Shown here: positions 1 to 9,318 of the stretch, in pieces
Layout: each line of letters opens with the position of its first letter
Position numbering within the stretch: the first letter of the stretch is position 1
Source: Patescibacteria group bacterium
GTDB taxonomy: Bacteria > Patescibacteriota > Patescibacteriia > 2-01-FULL-39-33
Direction: 5' to 3'
NCBI GenBank assembly: GCA_041649575.1
Contig: JBAZMW010000005.1
Span: 81,687 to 113,686, forward strand
DNA length: 32,000 nt
Notes under the pieces: generated by a model
Told to the model about the DNA's origin: nothing
Database searches by the model: none
What the model saw: the letters and a program-made list of their open reading frames with translations, nothing else
Made by a program: the position numbers and the translations under genes

Positions 1-717
1 GACGAAAAAGATAAACAGCAAGCCCTGGCTGTTTTTGGGCATACGCTTTTAGAATTATCAAAAGTGATGGCGCCGTTTACTCCGTTTATCGCCGAGCAGG
101 TTTATAAGGAAGTGGGCCCGTCCAGCCAGGGTGGCCGGGCAAGCGGTGAGCAGGAATCAGTGCATTTAGAAAAATGGCCTGAAGAATCAGAAATATTAAT
201 TAAGGAAGAGGTTATTAAACAAATGGAACAGGTGAGAAAAATCGTAGAATTAGGCTTGGCCAAACGGGCCGAAGCGGGAATTAAGATTCGGCAGCCGCTC
301 GGAAACTTTCAATTTTCAATTTTCAATTTTCAAAATAACGCCGACCAGTATTTAAAAATTATCGCCGACGAACTTAATGTAAAAAAAGTTGTTTATAACA
401 AAAATCTCGGCCAAGAAATAGAGTTAGACACGGAGATTACCAAGGAGCTGAAGCTGGAGGGCGTGGCGCGAGAATTGGTTCGCACTATTAATAATTTGCG
501 CAGAGAGGCCGGGCTGACAATTCAAGATCAGATTAAAATTGACTGGCAATCGGAGGGCGAAACAATCAGGCAGGTTTTTGCGGTTGAAAGTTTAGTCGAG
601 GAGTTGAAAAGGGCAACGATTACCAAGGAATTTTTAGACAAGGACAACCAGGGCCAAGTGGCGGAAATCAATGGTGAAAAAATTAAGCTGGAAATAAACA
701 GGACCATACCTTCTTAA
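1..717 (+). CDS. ileS: Isoleucyl-tRNA synthetase, C-terminal part (5' end outside window)
   Basis: The frame is open from base 1 (DEKDKQQALAVFGHTLLELSKVMAPFTPFIAEQVYKEV...). The MAPFTPFIAEQVY helix is typical of the class I aaRS anticodon-binding domain. The C-terminal LKLEGVARELVRTINNLRREAGL pattern is typical of type-2 IleRS. Stop TAA at 715-717. Confidence 0.8.
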   Translation, partial: DEKDKQQALAVFGHTLLELSKVMAPFTPFIAEQVYKEVGPSSQGGRASGEQESVHLEKWPEESEILIKEEVIKQMEQVRKIVELGLAKRAEAGIKIRQPLGNFQFSIFNFQNNADQYLKIIADELNVKKVVYNKNLGQEIELDTEITKELKLEGVARELVRTINNLRREAGLTIQDQIKIDWQSEGETIRQVFAVESLVEELKRATITKEFLDKDNQGQVAEINGEKIKLEINRTIPS

Positions 718-720
718 GCT

Positions 721-760
721 TAAATAAAAAAGACGAGCCCGATCCTTGCGTCTCGGGCTC
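721..760 (-). terminator. Rho-independent terminator for a minus-strand transcript
   Basis: On the - strand, GAGCCCGA / TCGGGCTC forms an 8-bp GC-rich stem (plus coords 735-742 / 753-760) with a 10-nt loop. It is followed on the - strand by GTCTTTTTTATTTA. On the + strand there is no U-tract after the hairpin. Confidence 0.6.
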
Positions 761-781
761 TAACCTGCCGGTAGCAGTCCC

Positions 782-910
782 TTATTCTTCGGGGCTGCTC
801 CCATCGTCTTCTTCATCGCCAGTCCGCTCGCCTCTGGCGCCCACTAGATGGGCTACCATTGGTGCTTGCAGGACTGCCTGAAGGTGTTCTGGCAGAATTT
901 CTGTCGGCAT
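782..910 (-). CDS. Small acidic hypothetical protein, 42 aa (MPTEILPEHLQAVLQAPMVAHLVGARGERTGDEEDDGSSPEE); below the ORF-track size cutoff
   Basis: ATG at 910 is preceded by AAGGAG with a 6-nt spacer. TAA at 782-784. The ORF lies between a consensus-like promoter (948-976) and a terminator (721-760), all on the - strand. A structured ncRNA is an alternative reading. Confidence 0.4.
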   Translation of the reverse strand: MPTEILPEHLQAVLQAPMVAHLVGARGERTGDEEDDGSSPEE

Positions 911-947
911 GCTTTTCTCCTTGTATCAGCCAATGTGCGTAGGGTTT

Positions 948-976
948 ATTATATGTTATAAAGCTTCTTTCGTCAA
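948..976 (-). promoter_or_regulatory. Sigma70-like promoter TTGACG-17 nt-TATAAT (minus strand)
   Basis: The - strand reads TTGACG (plus 971-976), a 17-nt spacer, then TATAAT (plus 948-953). It is about 38 nt upstream of the AAGGAG/ATG of the small ORF. Confidence 0.5.
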
Positions 977-1018
977 GCTTTCTAGAATTTTTACTATTTT
1001 TATGTATAATAAAGGTAT

Positions 1019-1597
1019 ATGATCGCTTATCTCAAGGGCCAAATTTATCATAAGTCCAGTTTTTTAAAAAAGGACAATTTTGTTGTTGTCAGTGTCGGCG
1101 GGGTGGGCTATAAAGTTTTTATTTTAAACAGGGAGGCGGAACATTTCAGTGTTAATGAGGAAGTGGAATTTCATGTTTACACTCAAGTGGCCGAGGGAGT
1201 GTTGGATTTGTATGGCTTTGTTTCCCGCGAAGAACTGGAGTTTTTTGAAGTGTTGATTTCTATTTCCGGCATCGGGCCGCGAAGCGCCCTGGGAATTTTA
1301 CAAAAAGCCAAACTTGATGATTTGAAAAAAGCGGCGCAATCGGGCAATGCCGAAGTGCTCAATAAAATTTCCGGCATCGGGCCCAAAACTGCGCAAAAAA
1401 TAGTTATTGGACTGAAAGACAAGCTGGCCGACAGCGATGGTGGCGGCGAGTGGGACGCACGGTTCGGCGACGCTTTGGAAGCGCTCATAGGGCTGGGTTA
1501 CTCTGCCAGTCAGGCACGAGAAGCGCTGAATTTGTGTCAGTCGCAAGAGATGACGGAAAAAGTCAAAGAGGCTTTAAAAATTCTAAGTCAAAAATAG
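1019..1597 (+). CDS. ruvA: Holliday junction branch migration complex subunit RuvA
   Basis: N-terminal OB-like MIAYLKGQI...VVVSVGGVGYKVFI. Two helix-hairpin-helix motifs, ISGIGPRSALGIL and ISGIGPKTAQKIV. C-terminal domain III LIGLGYSASQAREAL. A TATAAT at 1005-1010 lies only 8 nt before the ATG. Confidence 0.95.
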   Translation: MIAYLKGQIYHKSSFLKKDNFVVVSVGGVGYKVFILNREAEHFSVNEEVEFHVYTQVAEGVLDLYGFVSREELEFFEVLISISGIGPRSALGILQKAKLDDLKKAAQSGNAEVLNKISGIGPKTAQKIVIGLKDKLADSDGGGEWDARFGDALEALIGLGYSASQAREALNLCQSQEMTEKVKEALKILSQK

Positions 1598-1610
1598 ATC
1601 AAAAAATAAA

Positions 1611-1639
1611 AACAGACCGCCAGTTGGCGGCCTGTTTTT
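1611..1639. terminator. Bidirectional intrinsic terminator between convergent ruvA and typA
   Basis: Stem CAGACCGCC / GGCGGCCTG (1613-1621 / 1626-1634, one mismatch) with loop AGTT. It is flanked by an A-run upstream and TTTTT downstream, so it reads as hairpin plus U-tract in both orientations. Confidence 0.7.
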
Positions 1640-1649
1640 AGCTAAAAAG

Positions 1650-3437
1650 TTAAGAAGCTTTTCGGGCCTGTCTTAGTCTGTCTATTTCGGTCAGCAGTTG
1701 TTTGCGCAGGCGGATGCTCTGGGGAGTGATTTCTAAATATTCATCCTCGGCCATGGTTTCCAGCCCTCTTTCCAGGGTCAGCTGCCAAGGCGGAGTCAGC
1801 TTGATAGTTTCATCCGAGCCGGAGGCACGCATATTGGTTAGGTTTTTACCCTTAATGGGATTGACGGTTAAATCGTTGCCTTTGGCCACGTTGCCAATAA
1901 CTTGTCCCTCATAGAGATTCTCTCCCGGACCGATATAAAGCCAGCCGCGATTTTGCAGATTTTCCAAAGCATAGGCGGCGGCTTTGCCGCTGGACAGGGA
2001 AACCATCGAACCAACATCACGCTTATCGATGTTGCCAGCATAGGGCTTAAAGCCGATGAAGCGCGAGCAAAGAATGCCCTCGCCCCTGGTGTCGATGGTA
2101 AATTCGCCACGATAACCCAAAAGTCCGCGAGTCGGGATGTTAAAAATAATTTGATTCTGATTGTTGGTTTGTTTCATTTCCAAAATATTGGCGCGGCGTT
2201 TGGAGAGTTTTTCAATTACTACCCCGGCATAATCGCCAGGGACGCTAATGGTCACTTCTTCGTAAGGCTCTAGTTTTTGCCCGTCGGTTTCTTTGATAAT
2301 TACCTGTGGTTGGGAGATTTGCAGCTCAAAACCCTCGCGGCGCATGTTCTCTATCAGAATGGCGATATGCAATTCGCCGCGGCCGTAGACTTTGTAGAAT
2401 TCCGAAGCGGAAAAATCAACCTTTAGACCGACGTTAACCTCCAGTTCTTTAAGCAGACGTTCTTTAATTTGTTTGCTGGTGACCAGCTTACCTTCGCGGC
2501 CGCCGAACGGCGAGTTATTGACCAAAAAATTCAGACAGATGGTCGGCTCGTCAATGGAAATCGCCGGCAACGGCTCCTGGTCGGCGAAAGAACAGACGGT
2601 TTCCCCGATATAAATATCGGGCAGCCCCGCAATAATTATAATATCGCCGGCAGTGGCGCTCTGCGCCTCTTCTCTTTTTAGGCCGTTGAAAGTAAAAAGT
2701 TTGGTGATTTTTCCGCTGCGGGTTTCGCCGTTGGCTTTTTTTATTATCACATTGTCGCCGGTTCCAACCAGGCCTTCATAAATACGGCCAATAGCCAGAC
2801 GCCCCAAAAAATCATCATAAGCCAGATTGAAAGGTTGGAGCCGCAGGGGCTTGGCGGTGTCGGAAAGGGCGGGAGCGACTTTGGCAATAATTGTCTCCAG
2901 TAGCGGCGTTAAATCATTTGAGCGGTCGTCTAGGTTTAATTTGGCGACTCCTTCACGGGCCACCGTATAAACCACCGGAAAATCCAATTGTTCATCACTG
3001 GCTCCCAAATCCAAAAATAACTCATAGACTTCTTCTTGCACTATTTCCGGCCGGGCGGCGGTTTTGTCGATTTTATTGATCACCACTATCGGTTCGAGTC
3101 CCAATTCCAGTGATTTTTTTAGAACAAAACGGGTTTGAGGCATGGGGCCTTCCTGGGCGTCAACCACCAAAATGACCGAGTCGATTGAGCGCAATACCCG
3201 CTCCACTTCCGAACCAAAATCAGCGTGTCCGGGAGTATCGACGATGTTGATTTTGGTGTTTTTATAGAATAAAGAAGCGTTTTTTGAATAAATAGTTATG
3301 CCACGTTCTTTTTCCAAGGCATTGGTGTCCATGCTAAAATCAGCCGTCACCATGCCGGTTTGTTTAAGCAACTGATCGGTTAAAGCGGTTTTGCCATGAT
3401 CGACGTGAGCGATGATGGCGATATTTCTGATTTCCAT
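1650..3437 (-). CDS. typA: Translational GTPase TypA/BipA
   Basis: G1 AHVDHGKT, G3 DTPGHADF and G4 NKID. The 595 aa length and C-terminal domain pattern fit TypA/BipA rather than EF-G or LepA. Confidence 0.95.
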   Translation of the reverse strand: MEIRNIAIIAHVDHGKTALTDQLLKQTGMVTADFSMDTNALEKERGITIYSKNASLFYKNTKINIVDTPGHADFGSEVERVLRSIDSVILVVDAQEGPMPQTRFVLKKSLELGLEPIVVINKIDKTAARPEIVQEEVYELFLDLGASDEQLDFPVVYTVAREGVAKLNLDDRSNDLTPLLETIIAKVAPALSDTAKPLRLQPFNLAYDDFLGRLAIGRIYEGLVGTGDNVIIKKANGETRSGKITKLFTFNGLKREEAQSATAGDIIIIAGLPDIYIGETVCSFADQEPLPAISIDEPTICLNFLVNNSPFGGREGKLVTSKQIKERLLKELEVNVGLKVDFSASEFYKVYGRGELHIAILIENMRREGFELQISQPQVIIKETDGQKLEPYEEVTISVPGDYAGVVIEKLSKRRANILEMKQTNNQNQIIFNIPTRGLLGYRGEFTIDTRGEGILCSRFIGFKPYAGNIDKRDVGSMVSLSSGKAAAYALENLQNRGWLYIGPGENLYEGQVIGNVAKGNDLTVNPIKGKNLTNMRASGSDETIKLTPPWQLTLERGLETMAEDEYLEITPQSIRLRKQLLTEIDRLRQARKAS

Positions 3438-3468
3438 GAATTTTTAAAAATAAATCGTCTGAGTAGAA

Positions 3469-3497
3469 ACTCTAACACATTTTTTGTTTTTAGTCAA
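3469..3497 (-). promoter_or_regulatory. Candidate typA promoter TTGACT-17 nt-TAGAGT with TG extension
   Basis: The - strand reads TTGACT (plus 3492-3497), a 17-nt spacer ending in TGT, then TAGAGT (plus 3469-3474). It is about 30 nt upstream of the typA ATG. Confidence 0.4.
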
Positions 3498-3553
3498 AAT
3501 AAAAAAGCCAACATAGCTTTAAAAGATGGTTGATTATTAATTTTTTACGGAGA

Positions 3554-4192
3554 TTATTTTTTACTAGGCAGTTTGCGTCTTAGTAATTCGACCAATATAG
3601 GGACTAAGGAAATGACTATAATTGCCATGATAGCCAGACTGAAGTTTTCTTTCACCCAACTAATATTGCCGAAGAAATAGCCGGTTAAAAAGAAGAGGAG
3701 TACCCAAATAATCCCCCCAAAAATATTATAAGCTAAAAATTTGGGATACTTCATCTTGCCCATGCCGGCGACAAAAGGAGCAAAAGTCCTGATAATAGGA
3801 ATGAACCGGGCAAGGATAATTGTTTTGGCACCGTGCTTTTCATAAAAATTTTCAGCCCTTTTCAGATTACCCTGGTTAAAGAACCAGCTGTTTTCTCGGG
3901 TAAAAAGCTTCCTGCCGAATTTTTTCCCCAGCCAGTAATTGACGGAATCGCCCAAAACTGCCGCCAAGCAGAAAATAAGAAGAGTCAGATAAAAGTGAAG
4001 CAAACCGATAGCGGCAAAAGTTCCAGCCGCGAACAATAAAGAATCGCCGGGCAGAAAGGGCATAACAACCAATCCGGTCTCCACAAAAATAATCAGAAAT
4101 AACAAAGAATAAATCAAAGAGCCATAGGTGTTAATTATTAATCCCAGGTACTCGTCGATGTGTAAAATGATTTCTAGCAGTTGAATAAACAT
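3554..4192 (-). CDS. DedA-family (SNARE-associated) integral membrane protein
   Basis: Multiple hydrophobic helices. DedA-type motifs VVMPFLPGDSLLFAAG and ARFIPIIRTFAPFVAG. 212 aa, a typical family size. Confidence 0.85.
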   Translation of the reverse strand: MFIQLLEIILHIDEYLGLIINTYGSLIYSLLFLIIFVETGLVVMPFLPGDSLLFAAGTFAAIGLLHFYLTLLIFCLAAVLGDSVNYWLGKKFGRKLFTRENSWFFNQGNLKRAENFYEKHGAKTIILARFIPIIRTFAPFVAGMGKMKYPKFLAYNIFGGIIWVLLFFLTGYFFGNISWVKENFSLAIMAIIVISLVPILVELLRRKLPSKK

Positions 4193-4254
4193 AAAAATAT
4201 TATAACCTCTGGCTGTTTTTCTGGCAATTGTCAGAAAAATAAGGAAGTGATAAG

Positions 4255-5640
4255 ATGTTGGTAATAAAGAAAATTATAAGGATGAAAACACTGTTAAAAA
4301 AAATAATTCCCAAAAATTTACTAAACCAATATTATAGAATGTTGGCGCTTTTTGCTAATTATTTTTACTTAAAACCAGCGGAGAAGATGGTGGTTATTGG
4401 TGTCACTGGCACCAATGGCAAATCCACCACCTGCCTGCTAATAGCCAAAATCTTAGAAGAGGCTGGCTATAAGGCAGGAATCACCTCCACCGCGATTTTT
4501 AAAGTGGCCGACCAGGAATGGCTCAATGATATTAAAATGACTATGCCGGGCCGTTTGGCTTTGCAAAAAATGTTAAAGAGAATGCTAAAAGCCGGCTGCA
4601 GGTATGCGGTGGTCGAGACCTCGTCAGAAGGGATCAAACAGTTCAGGCATTTGGGAATCCATTATGATCTCGGCGTTTTTACCAACCTAACCCCAGAGCA
4701 CATAGAGTCGCACGGCGGTTTTGCCAACTATAAAAAAGCCAAATTAAAATTATTTGAGCATTTAGAGAAGCAGCCGAACAAAATCATAGCAAACAAAAAA
4801 ATTAAAGAGGTAATCGTGGCCAATGGCGATGATGAGCACGTCAAGGACTTTCTAAATTTTAAAGTTGATGAAAAATATGTTTATCAAGTTCAAGGTTCAG
4901 AAGCGGAAATCTCGGACAAATTTAGGACTGAAAATTTAGAACTGAAAATTCTCAAAGCCGAAGAAGTTAGGTTTTTGAATCAAGGAATTTATTTTAGGCT
5001 GGAAAACATAGAATTTAATTTGAAATTGTTTGGGCGGTTTAATGTTTATAATGCCTTGGCGGCGATAGCGGTGGCGTTGTCGCAAGGCGTGCCGCTAACA
5101 ATTTGTAAGGCGGCTCTGGAAAAGGTGGAGGTGATGCCCGGCCGGATGGAATTCATAAACGAAGGTCAGGATTTTAAATTTTTGGTTGATTACGCGCCCG
5201 AACCGGAGAGTATGAAGCAACTTTATCAGGCTATAGACGATTATAACATCAGGGCCGGAGGTAGAATTATACATATTTTTGGTTCTTGTGGCGGCGGGCG
5301 GGATAAGGCGCGTCGGCCGATTTTGGGACAGATGGTGGCGCAGAGGGCGGATTTTTTGATTATAACCAACGAAGATCCTTATGACGACAGTCCCCAACTG
5401 ATCATTGATCAGGTGGCTCAAGGGGCGCAAAGCGAAGGAAAAGTAGTAGGAGAAAATTTATTTAAAATTTTAGATCGGCGTGAAGCCATAAAATTTGCTT
5501 TAAATTTAGCCAAGAAAAATGATTTAATAATACTTACCGGAAAGGCCTGTGAGCAAGCAATCTGCGTGGCTAATGGTCAAAAAATTCCCTGGGACGATCG
5601 AAAAGTGGCCAGAGGAGAATTAAAAATGATTAAAAAATAA
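4255..5640 (+). CDS. murE: Mur ligase, MurE-like (UDP-MurNAc-L-Ala-D-Glu: diamino acid ligase) with short N-terminal domain
   Basis: P-loop VIGVTGTNGKSTT. C-terminal motifs GSCGGGRDKARRPILG and ITNEDPY align with the MurE GCGGDRDKGKRP and DNPR regions. AAGGAAG SD lies 8 nt upstream of the ATG at 4255. Confidence 0.7.
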   Translation: MLVIKKIIRMKTLLKKIIPKNLLNQYYRMLALFANYFYLKPAEKMVVIGVTGTNGKSTTCLLIAKILEEAGYKAGITSTAIFKVADQEWLNDIKMTMPGRLALQKMLKRMLKAGCRYAVVETSSEGIKQFRHLGIHYDLGVFTNLTPEHIESHGGFANYKKAKLKLFEHLEKQPNKIIANKKIKEVIVANGDDEHVKDFLNFKVDEKYVYQVQGSEAEISDKFRTENLELKILKAEEVRFLNQGIYFRLENIEFNLKLFGRFNVYNALAAIAVALSQGVPLTICKAALEKVEVMPGRMEFINEGQDFKFLVDYAPEPESMKQLYQAIDDYNIRAGGRIIHIFGSCGGGRDKARRPILGQMVAQRADFLIITNEDPYDDSPQLIIDQVAQGAQSEGKVVGENLFKILDRREAIKFALNLAKKNDLIILTGKACEQAICVANGQKIPWDDRKVARGELKMIKK

Positions 5641-5730
5641 GGAATTTTTTAATAACTGTGGATAACTTGGGTAAATTATTTTTTAATATAAAGGCATTTT
5701 TTGATTTTAATTGTTAATTTTTATCAATTT

Positions 5731-5748
5731 TTATCTAAATTTAGATAA
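5731..5748. repeat. Perfect 18-bp AT-rich palindrome TTATCTAAATTTAGATAA upstream of rpoB
   Basis: Read directly: TTATCTAAA and TTTAGATAA are exact reverse complements. Half-site-like copies occur at 13264-13279, 13403-13410 and 18591-18600. Confidence 0.6.
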
Positions 5749-5792
5749 AAAATAAATTAATTTGACTTTTTTATTTTTTTTACTTAAAACCG

Positions 5793-5822
5793 TTGACTTT
5801 TTAAGGTCGTTTCTGTTAATAT
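5793..5822 (+). promoter_or_regulatory. Candidate rpoBC promoter TTGACT-18 nt-TAATAT
   Basis: TTGACT at 5793-5798 and TAATAT at 5817-5822. This would give a ~190-nt leader containing an extended imperfect hairpin (5873-5919) before the GAGGA SD and the ATG at 6020. Confidence 0.4.
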
Positions 5823-6019
5823 AAAGTTAATGGTTTTTTAGTTCGATTTTTTCTAAAAATCACTCTAACAAACCCTACTATTAGAAGTCATTGGGTTAAT
5901 AACCTTCAGAAATAGTGGGTAAAAGCAAAAAACAAACCTAAATTCACATCTGACTCATTTCTAGTTTAATCAAAATCCGGCCGGGAACCGGAAAAAAACG
6001 AAAGAAATGAGGATTTTTT

Positions 6020-9000
6020 ATGTCTCAACAAAACCAGGACAATAAAAAAGTCATTAATGGCCGGGTTAGTTTTTCTGGCCAAGATTCTTGGCAGCAACCG
6101 CCAGATCTTATAGAATTGCAAAAAAAGTCTTACAAACTTTTTTGGCAGGAAGGATTGAACGAGTTGTTTGAGGAAGTCTCTCCGATTACGGATTTTATTG
6201 GCCGTGACCTGGAACTCTATTTTGGTAATTACTTTTTGGACGAAGCCAAATTTGACGAAGCTACTTCCAAGGAAAAGAATATTTCTTTTGAAGCGCCGCT
6301 AAGAGTCAACGCCAAGCTGGTCAATAAAAAAACAGGCCAGACAATGGAGCAGGAAGTTTTCTTGGGCGATTTTCCGCTAATGACCGAAAGGGGAACTTTC
6401 ATTATTAATGGTATTGAGAGAGTAGTGGTGTCGCAACTAATCCGCTCGGCCGGAGTTTTTTTTACGGCTCAAAAATGGGGTGACCGTAATTTTTATGGCG
6501 CTAAAATCATTCCCAACCGAGGCTCCTGGCTGGAGTTTGAAACAGATTCCAATGGAGTGGTTTGGGTAAAAATCGATCGCAAAAGAAAAGTAGCCGCCAC
6601 CGCCCTGTTAAGAGCCTTTGGTTTTTCTAGCGATGAAGAGATAACGAATTTATTTAAAGAGACGACGGATAAGTTTGAAATTAACAATATCGAAGCCACC
6701 TTAAGAAAAGATTCTTCCAAAAACGAGGTTGACGGTCTGATAGAGGTTTATAAACGCATTCGGCCTGGTGATTTGGCGACTGCCGATAACGCCAAGCAGC
6801 TGATTGACAATATGTTTTTTAATTTTGCTCGCTATGATTTTGGCAGCATTGGCCGTTACAAAATGAACCAACGTTTTGTTCAGAAGTTGGCAATCAATAA
6901 AGAAAACAGAGTTTTATTGAAGGACGACATTATTAATATTTTGAAAGAAATCGTCCGTCTGAACAACACCCAAGAGGGGCCGGACGACATCGATCATTTG
7001 GGTAATCGCCGGGTGCGCGCCGTGGGCGAATTGATTCAAAATAAATTTCGAATCGGTTTGATCAGGATGGAACGCATCGTCAAAGATCGGATGAGCACCC
7101 TAGACATTAATACCTTGACGCCCAACAAGCTGATTAACGCTCGGCCGGTTATCAGCGCGGTAAAAGAATTTTTTATGTCCAGCCAATTGTCGCAATTTAT
7201 GGATCAGGTCAATCCTTTGGCTGAACTGGAGCACAAAAGAAGGTTGTCAGCCATGGGTCCGGGTGGCTTGTCCAGAGAACGGGCCAGTTTTGAAGTTCGT
7301 GACGTGCACCAAACTCATTATGGTCGCATTTGTCCGATTGCCACTCCGGAAGGCCCGAATATCGGTTTGGTGGGGCATTTATCAACTTTTGCTCGGGTCA
7401 ACAATTACGGTTTTATTGAGACGCCCTATTATAAAACGGAAAAGGATCAAGCTGGCCGGCCGCGAGTCACCAAAGAGCTGGTTTATATCGACGCTATCGA
7501 AGAAAGCCGTTCTACTACCACTCCTTCAACCACCAAAATTGATAAAGACGGGTATTTTTTGGAAGAAAAAACGGAGGCCAGAGTTAGGCTTAACCCGACT
7601 ATCACCAATGTTAAAAACATTGATTATATGGACGTGGCCTCCAATCAGATTGTCTCGGTGGCGACATCCTTGATTCCTTTTTTGGAGCATGACGACGCGG
7701 TGAGAGCGCTGATGGGAACGAACATGCAACGCCAGGCGGTTTCTTGCATCAGGCCACAGGCGCCGCTAGTGGGCACGGGCATCGAGGCCAAGGCCGCTTA
7801 TGATTCTGGTCATTTGATTATTGCCGAAGAGGCGGGCGAAGTGATAGATATTAGCGGCGATAAAATCGAGGTTCTGAACAAAAATAATCACATTAATTCT
7901 TATCGTTTGAATAAGTTTGTCCGTTCCAACGCCACCACCTGCATCAATCAAAAGCCGCTAGTGGAAAAGGGACAGAAGGTTAAAAAGGGCGAGATTCTGG
8001 CTGACGGACCGTCTATTGATCATGGCGAACTGGCTTTGGGCCAAAATATTCTGGTGGCCTTCATGCCTTGGCAAGGCTATAACTACGAAGACGCGATTAT
8101 TATCTCTGAACGTTTAATCCAGCAAGATCGTTACTCTTCGATTCATATAGAAAATTATGTTTGCGAAGTGCGGGAAACCAAACTGGGTCCGGAAGTGGTC
8201 ACTTCCGACATACCAAACGTTTCGGAAGAAAAATTAAAAGATTTGGATGAAGAGGGAATTGTGCGAATCGGCGCCAATGTGAGAAGCGGCGATATTTTGG
8301 TCGGCAAAATCACACCCAAAGGCGAAACGGAATTATCGGCGGAAGAAAAGCTACTGCGGGCAATTTTCGGAGAAAAAGCCAGAGACGTCCGTGATTCTTC
8401 TCTGTATCTCGAGCACGGGTCTTCGGGCAAGGTGATTGATATCAAGATTTTTTCCAGAGAGAATGGCGATAAATTGTCGGCTGGCATGATTAAGATGGTC
8501 CAGGTGACGGTGGCTTCTTTACGCAAGGTTCAGGTGGGCGACAAAATGGCCGGCCGTCATGGCAATAAGGGAGTTATTTCCAAAGTGGTGCCGGTGGAAG
8601 ACCTGCCTTATTTGGAAGATGGCCGGCCGGTGGATATCATTCTTTCTCCTTTAGGCGTTGTTTCGCGTATGAATCTGGGACAAATTTTGGAAACCCACAT
8701 GGGTCTGGCCGCCAAAGCCCTGGGTTACAAAGTGATGACGCCGGTTTTCAACGGAATTAGCGAAGAGACGATAAGAGACGAACTAGAACTGGCCGGCTTT
8801 AGTCGCGATGGCCGGATTCAGCTCTATGACGGCCGAACCGGAGAGCCTTTCGATAAAAAAACCACGGTGGGTTATATTTATATGATGAAATTAAATCATC
8901 TGGTGGAAGATAAAATCCACCAGCGATCTATTGGCCCTTATTCTTTGATTACTCAGCAGCCTTTGGGCGGCAAGGCGCAGTTTGGCGGCCAGAGATTTGG

Positions 9001-9292
9001 CGAGATGGAAGTCTGGGCCCTGGAAGGTTATGGCGCGGCTCATACTTTGCAAGAAATTTTAACCATCAAATCCGACGACGTGGTCGGCCGCTCCAAAACC
9101 TATGAAGCCATCATCAAAGGCGAGCCGATAGATAATTTGAATATCCCAGAGAGTTTCAACGTTTTGGTCAGGGAGTTGAAAGGATTGTGCCTGAACGTGG
9201 ATTTGCTCGGTGGCGGCAAAGTACAGCCCGAACCATCGGTGGAAGAAGAAATTGAGGCGGAAGAGATGCCCAAAAAAAGAAAAAATAAATAA
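6020..9292 (+). CDS. rpoB: DNA-directed RNA polymerase subunit beta
   Basis: Rif-cluster region [55 protein letters not shown]. 1090 aa. GAGGA SD 7 nt upstream. Confidence 0.98.
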   Translation: MSQQNQDNKKVINGRVSFSGQDSWQQPPDLIELQKKSYKLFWQEGLNELFEEVSPITDFIGRDLELYFGNYFLDEAKFDEATSKEKNISFEAPLRVNAKLVNKKTGQTMEQEVFLGDFPLMTERGTFIINGIERVVVSQLIRSAGVFFTAQKWGDRNFYGAKIIPNRGSWLEFETDSNGVVWVKIDRKRKVAATALLRAFGFSSDEEITNLFKETTDKFEINNIEATLRKDSSKNEVDGLIEVYKRIRPGDLATADNAKQLIDNMFFNFARYDFGSIGRYKMNQRFVQKLAINKENRVLLKDDIINILKEIVRLNNTQEGPDDIDHLGNRRVRAVGELIQNKFRIGLIRMERIVKDRMSTLDINTLTPNKLINARPVISAVKEFFMSSQLSQFMDQVNPLAELEHKRRLSAMGPGGLSRERASFEVRDVHQTHYGRICPIATPEGPNIGLVGHLSTFARVNNYGFIETPYYKTEKDQAGRPRVTKELVYIDAIEESRSTTTPSTTKIDKDGYFLEEKTEARVRLNPTITNVKNIDYMDVASNQIVSVATSLIPFLEHDDAVRALMGTNMQRQAVSCIRPQAPLVGTGIEAKAAYDSGHLIIAEEAGEVIDISGDKIEVLNKNNHINSYRLNKFVRSNATTCINQKPLVEKGQKVKKGEILADGPSIDHGELALGQNILVAFMPWQGYNYEDAIIISERLIQQDRYSSIHIENYVCEVRETKLGPEVVTSDIPNVSEEKLKDLDEEGIVRIGANVRSGDILVGKITPKGETELSAEEKLLRAIFGEKARDVRDSSLYLEHGSSGKVIDIKIFSRENGDKLSAGMIKMVQVTVASLRKVQVGDKMAGRHGNKGVISKVVPVEDLPYLEDGRPVDIILSPLGVVSRMNLGQILETHMGLAAKALGYKVMTPVFNGISEETIRDELELAGFSRDGRIQLYDGRTGEPFDKKTTVGYIYMMKLNHLVEDKIHQRSIGPYSLITQQPLGGKAQFGGQRFGEMEVWALEGYGAAHTLQEILTIKSDDVVGRSKTYEAIIKGEPIDNLNIPESFNVLVRELKGLCLNVDLLGGGKVQPEPSVEEEIEAEEMPKKRKNK

Positions 9293-9318
9293 TCGTTTTA
9301 ATTTTTTCAGCAAAGCCT

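Noticed and set aside
735-760. Hairpin after the ileS stop read as the ileS (+ strand) terminator
   Set aside because: On the + strand the stem is followed by TAACCTGCCGG with no U-tract. The T-run is on the - strand side, so it is assigned to the minus-strand mini-gene. A weak bidirectional role cannot be excluded.
1183-1641. Track ORFs 1183..1488(-), 1298..1546(-) and 1450..1641(+), overlapping ruvA
   Set aside because: They are antisense or alternate-frame shadows of a confidently identified RuvA CDS. The sequences are low-complexity Ser/Pro/Arg-rich, with no start context.
1702-3079. Track ORFs inside or antisense to typA (1702..1914+, 1868..2110-, 1902..2273+, 2469..2681+, 2891..3079+)
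   Set aside because: They are fully embedded in the TypA/BipA CDS on other frames or the other strand, with no recognisable motifs.
5095-5430. 111-aa ORF antisense to the MurE-like gene
   Set aside because: It is embedded in a CDS with clear Mur ligase motifs. The sequence has no family resemblance and no SD.
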